Shown: positions 63,846-64,000 of the stretch, one piece after another
Layout of the letters: every line of letters begins with the position of its first letter
Position numbering within the stretch: position 1 is the first letter of the stretch
From: Clostridia bacterium
GTDB lineage: Bacteria > Bacillota > Clostridia > Oscillospirales > SIG627
Length of the DNA: 64,000 nt
Direction: 5' to 3'
Assembly: GCA_017440805.1 (NCBI GenBank)
Contig: JAFSGN010000009.1
Coordinates: 4,302-68,301 of the forward strand
Program-made: the position numbers and the translations under genes
The notes under the pieces: generated by a model
What the model was told of the DNA's origin: nothing
The model's input: only the letters and a program-made list of their open reading frames with translations
The model's database searches: none

Positions 63846-63865
63846 ATGGTAAACATTCAAACCAT
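63846..63865. promoter_or_regulatory. Inverted repeat in the divergent LysR intergenic region (candidate LysR-type box)
   Basis: ATGGT-N10-ACCAT, directly upstream of a TTGACT-17-TATACT promoter facing right. Confidence 0.35.
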
Positions 63866-63933
63866 TTGTTTGACTAATATTGAAAACTATTATATACTAT
63901 GTTAAGAAAAAAATCAATACTTGTAGGAAAAAA

Positions 63934-64000
63934 ATGAATAATGCACAACTTTATACCATTATTGCTCTTTGCGTGTATGCAATTGCGATGGCTCTGATTG
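63934..64000 (+). CDS. 5' end of a membrane protein gene (truncated by the window edge), divergent from the LysR gene
   Basis: MNNAQLYTIIALCVYAIAMALI.. is a hydrophobic N-terminal helix. Only 22 codons are visible and the RBS is weak. Confidence 0.3.
   Translation, partial: MNNAQLYTIIALCVYAIAMALI

Noticed and set aside
1-64000. Search for CRISPR arrays, IS elements or transposases, integrases, phage genes, toxin-antitoxin or defence-system genes, tRNA and rRNA genes
   Set aside because: I found no spaced direct-repeat arrays, no terminal inverted repeats flanking ORFs, and no DDE, tyrosine- or serine-recombinase motifs. Every intergenic region over 150 nt was read and is accounted for by promoters, leaders or gene relics.

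Overview
This is a low-GC Firmicutes (Clostridia) chromosomal segment. A dockerin-bearing secreted protein and the overall gene content suggest a cellulosome-producing Ruminococcus-like (Oscillospiraceae) organism, but that is inference only. There are about 58 protein-coding genes, and almost all are recognisable. Blocks: (i) 1-7.6 kb holds cell-surface and cell-wall genes (dockerin protein, M23 peptidase, lipoprotein, VanY-type carboxypeptidase) plus an IMPase operon. (ii) 7.7-20.8 kb is a plus-strand block with ygiQ, the rimP-nusA-ylxR-ylxQ-infB-rbfA-nrnA-truB operon, the UPF0237/UPF0210 pair, a rubredoxin-fused oxidoreductase and a DUF3737 gene. (iii) 20.8-33.0 kb is a minus-strand block with tig-clpP-clpX, thrC, yraN-rnhB-ylqF-lepB-rplS, tsaD preceded by a phosphatase::RimI fusion, dCMP deaminase and galU. 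(iv) Next come an icd-like gene with rex, and a GH43. (v) 36.7-47.2 kb is one long minus-strand arginine operon, argC-J-B-D-F-carA-carB, in which carB is fused in frame to a DapF-like domain that lacks one catalytic Cys. (vi) 47.5-53.5 kb holds two transporters, ppa, two gene relics and an Fe-S protein/Crp-Fnr pair. (vii) 53.5-62.8 kb is the most unusual region. Two paralogous T-box leaders (Leu CUC, probable Ile AUC) control a catalytically degenerate LeuA paralog, two multidomain acyl-CoA-ligase fusions, an amidohydrolase and an ACT-ACT-MBL hydrolase. I propose this as a tRNA-charging-controlled system for activating or salvaging branched-chain carboxylates; that is a hypothesis, not a demonstrated function. 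I recognised no rRNA, tRNA, CRISPR, transposase, integrase or phage genes. All calls rest on motif recognition by eye, and no database search was run.
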